Shown here one piece after another: positions 61,389 through 64,000 of a DNA stretch of 64,000 nucleotides. The notes beneath the pieces are model-generated. The model saw only the letters and a program-made list of their open reading frames with translations, did not search any database and was not told where the DNA came from. Source of the stretch: Parachlamydiales bacterium (GTDB lineage Bacteria; Chlamydiota; Chlamydiia; Chlamydiales; SM23-39). Every line of letters begins with the position of its first letter. Positions within the stretch are counted from its first letter, which is position 1. The translations under genes were made by a program, and so were the position numbers. Location of the stretch: contig JBNLAH010000002.1 of the NCBI GenBank assembly GCA_050302075.1, positions 96,001-160,000 on the forward strand, read 5' to 3'.

Positions 61389-61811
61389 TTATTTGATATG
61401 ACGGCAGGTAAAAGTTGTTGCATATTTCTCTAAAAATGAAATAGCAAGTGATGGGCTCTCTGAAATAATTGTCATTAAATTTGTCCTGGACAACGTTAAA
61501 AACACAGTATTTTTAACACAAGTAACTTCGTAGCTTCTCGGTTGATCATTAAACAATGACTCCTCTCCAAAATACTCATTTGGGATAAGACTAACTTTTC
61601 TTTTATCTTTTGAGATAATTTCAACTTTCCCTTCTAAGATAAAATACATTCTATTAGCAACCTGGTTGATGGCAAAAACCTTTTCATTTTCATCGTATTC
61701 ATCTTGGATGAGCTTATCAGCTATTACTAATAGTAAATCAAGATCTAAATTGCTAAAAAGAATATGTTTTTTTAAGAAGAAGGCTTTTTCAACAAGGCTT
61801 AGTTCTTTCAT
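61389..61811 (-). CDS. Cyclic nucleotide-binding domain protein
   Basis: MYFILEGKV, YFGEESLFNDQPRSY. Confidence 0.9.
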   Translation of the reverse strand: MKELSLVEKAFFLKKHILFSNLDLDLLLVIADKLIQDEYDENEKVFAINQVANRMYFILEGKVEIISKDKRKVSLIPNEYFGEESLFNDQPRSYEVTCVKNTVFLTLSRTNLMTIISESPSLAISFLEKYATTFTCRHIK

Positions 61812-64000
61812 ATTTTAACAGTCTCATATAAATAAGTTGAGTTTGAGTCTAACATAGGTGTTAGATTTAAAGCAGGAGCTATACTTTCTTGAGTTGCAAC
61901 TTCAGTTAAATTTTGTGCAATTAATTTACCTGACACCGAAGATGAATTATTTAATTGTTCTAAGATGCTGGAAAGTCTAATTTGGGGTTCTTTCTTTGTT
62001 AAACTTGTATATGAATCGATGAAAACCGACCAAGGTAAGTTATCAACTAATGGAGATATCCACTTGAATATTTTTCTGTCACAGGAATTTTCCAAAGTTT
62101 CAACTGCATGAGAGTGAATCTTTGCATTCTTACTTCTTAAAGATCTTACCAAAAGCTCGCAATCTTCTACAGAGCCGACCGCAGCGAGCAAATGAATAAT
62201 AAAGTCGATGCTTGAGTGAAAACTAGTTTTAAGAACTTCTATCAATAAAGATAAATCATAACTTGGGTATCTTTGTTGTACGCATCTGGCATTATATAAG
62301 TAGAAATAAGCTTTTTCGATCTCAGTTAGAATTATACGCTTAAAGTACTTTCTTAGCGTTTCAAGGTCAATTCTAGCTATTACCTTGCTTGCTAAAACCC
62401 TTGATTTATCATGAACTGTTGTATCTTCCAAGATTGATAAGCAAACAGGCAATACCTTTGGACCAATTGATACTAAGGCATTCTCAATACACCTAATTTC
62501 ATTTGGACGGAAATGGAGTCCAAGATCAATGATTTCGGAGATTGAAGAGAGGTTTTTGATTTTTCCTAGAGCTATTAAACAATTTAGTCTAATTTGGGTA
62601 TCTTTGCTTTTTTTCAATATTTTTAAAAGCTTTCCAGCAAACTTCGAACAGTCAGTCCCTGCAAATTTAGCAACAATCTCTGAAGCTTTTTTTTGAGTTT
62701 TTGGAAAGTCAAAATTATTTAGGACGCTAAGTGCTTGTTCAAATGAAAATAAGCTTTTCAAATTACTTAATACTTCTAAGGCCAATATTTGGTCATTAAT
62801 GTTTGATGACCTAAGTTGGTTGATCAACTCAATATGGGCTTTTTTCTCTAATTCTGAAAACTTACCTTCGCCAAGGAACTTATTGTTTAAAATAGCCAAC
62901 ATAGCAAGACTTTTTCTAAAAGTGTCTGGGCTTTCGAGATCGGCTTGGTAGCGTTTGTGACAGAAACTATTTTTCATGGTGAGCAATAATGAACATTTCC
63001 TAGCAAGATTCTTGTTGTGTGTTTCATGGGACCATTTTTCTAATATTTCTAATATTTTAACATGCTTTGAGAAAACTGAATTATCTATTAGTGATAAGAA
63101 CAAAAGTTTTGTCTCTTCTTGAAATGTGTCAGCAGAACTTATAATTTTATTTAAATATTTTTCATTTTTAAGTGTTAGTAAGCACTCTACAGATAGGAGT
63201 TTAATTTTACAGTTATCGGAGTTTAGTCCCTTTATCAAACTTTGGATGTTTTTTTGCCTTTCTTCTTTTGTTTTGGCAAAAATCCAATTGAATGGTTTTC
63301 TGTCGAAATGAACTGCATTTTCTTTTAAATTGATAAATACATATTTGTGGTAGATAGCTCTAATTACAAATGAGAAAATAATCATAATAATGCCAAGTAC
63401 AAATCCTAATTGCCGGCTATCTGCATACAAAAGCAAAGAAGAGCTAATTAGCATTCCTAGCGGTTCAAAAAAAGAGTCATTGATGATACGTACTTTTGCT
63501 TTTAGTTTTGATGGGACTGCGTTAACTAGTTGATTGTAATTGTTGTCTTCAATTGTATAAGAAATCCCATCTAATGAAACAACACCCAATATTGCAAGGG
63601 TTAATGAATCTCCATTTAGCCATTTGCCAAATAGTAAAAAGAAAGCAAAAGCAGGCAATAAAATAATATTTCTCAAGCCTATTATTTTTACAAATCTGTT
63701 ATAAAAAAATACTCCGATAATAATATTGAAAGCTGAAACAATTGCTCTTGTGTTTCCTAGATATTTTGTAACAGCGCTACTATCTGCGCCGCCCAAAAAG
63801 TTACTGAAACTTGATAAATAGCTGTATTCAGTAGTAGTGCCGATCAACTGGATAATTAGCGATAAACAAAGTAGCGAAAATACAAATGGATGTGAAAATA
63901 TTTGTTTTATTAGGTAAAACATTCCTTTGCGGTCGCCAGCGAAAACACCCTCTACAGTTTCATCGTGTATTGGTTGGTCTCTTTTTACAATTTTCTTCAC
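61808..64000 (-). CDS. Membrane transporter (Npt/MFS-like) fused to HEAT repeats, 5'-truncated by window edge
   Basis: Multiple TMs followed by HEAT-like helical repeats; adjacent to the cNMP-binding gene and fab cluster as in Chlamydia. Confidence 0.75.
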   Translation of the reverse strand: MKKIVKRDQPIHDETVEGVFAGDRKGMFYLIKQIFSHPFVFSLLCLSLIIQLIGTTTEYSYLSSFSNFLGGADSSAVTKYLGNTRAIVSAFNIIIGVFFYNRFVKIIGLRNIILLPAFAFFLLFGKWLNGDSLTLAILGVVSLDGISYTIEDNNYNQLVNAVPSKLKAKVRIINDSFFEPLGMLISSSLLLYADSRQLGFVLGIIMIIFSFVIRAIYHKYVFINLKENAVHFDRKPFNWIFAKTKEERQKNIQSLIKGLNSDNCKIKLLSVECLLTLKNEKYLNKIISSADTFQEETKLLFLSLIDNSVFSKHVKILEILEKWSHETHNKNLARKCSLLLTMKNSFCHKRYQADLESPDTFRKSLAMLAILNNKFLGEGKFSELEKKAHIELINQLRSSNINDQILALEVLSNLKSLFSFEQALSVLNNFDFPKTQKKASEIVAKFAGTDCSKFAGKLLKILKKSKDTQIRLNCLIALGKIKNLSSISEIIDLGLHFRPNEIRCIENALVSIGPKVLPVCLSILEDTTVHDKSRVLASKVIARIDLETLRKYFKRIILTEIEKAYFYLYNARCVQQRYPSYDLSLLIEVLKTSFHSSIDFIIHLLAAVGSVEDCELLVRSLRSKNAKIHSHAVETLENSCDRKIFKWISPLVDNLPWSVFIDSYTSLTKKEPQIRLSSILEQLNNSSSVSGKLIAQNLTEVATQESIAPALNLTPMLDSNSTYLYETVKI

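Overview
AT-rich bacterial chromosome segment, almost certainly from an environmental member of Chlamydiota. Evidence: GroEL ends in AGMDY, groEL-groES-pepF carries a Chlamydia-type CIRCE, and the blocks ihf-(LDT)-accA-msbA and pdhABC / lpxD-skp-bamA-recR / fabH-fabD-fabG-acpP / cNMP-binding protein / HEAT-repeat transporter follow the gene order I recall for Chlamydia trachomatis. The right half (about 34-64 kb) is conserved housekeeping. The left half (about 1-33 kb) is accessory and rich in candidate host-interaction genes: a YopT/C58-like cysteine protease, an 8-repeat Asp-box propeller coupled to a small outer-membrane barrel, a myo-inositol oxygenase with an apparent signal peptide, a sphingomyelinase-like EEP gene between 100-bp direct repeats of the MIOX 3' end, an orphan HicA-like protein, a GH1 with a hydrophobic leader, and a permuted papain-like (PPPDE/LRAT-type) protein ending in a CaaX box. 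Other highlights are a 60-aa Bd0055-like bacterial histone hidden inside a longer called ORF, a wHTH-DUF6314 gene divergent from bioY with a palindrome between them, and a signal-less OppA with a roughly 470-aa N-terminal extension. No rRNA, tRNA, CRISPR array, transposase or integrase was recognised. All family calls come from reading motifs by eye; no database searches were run.
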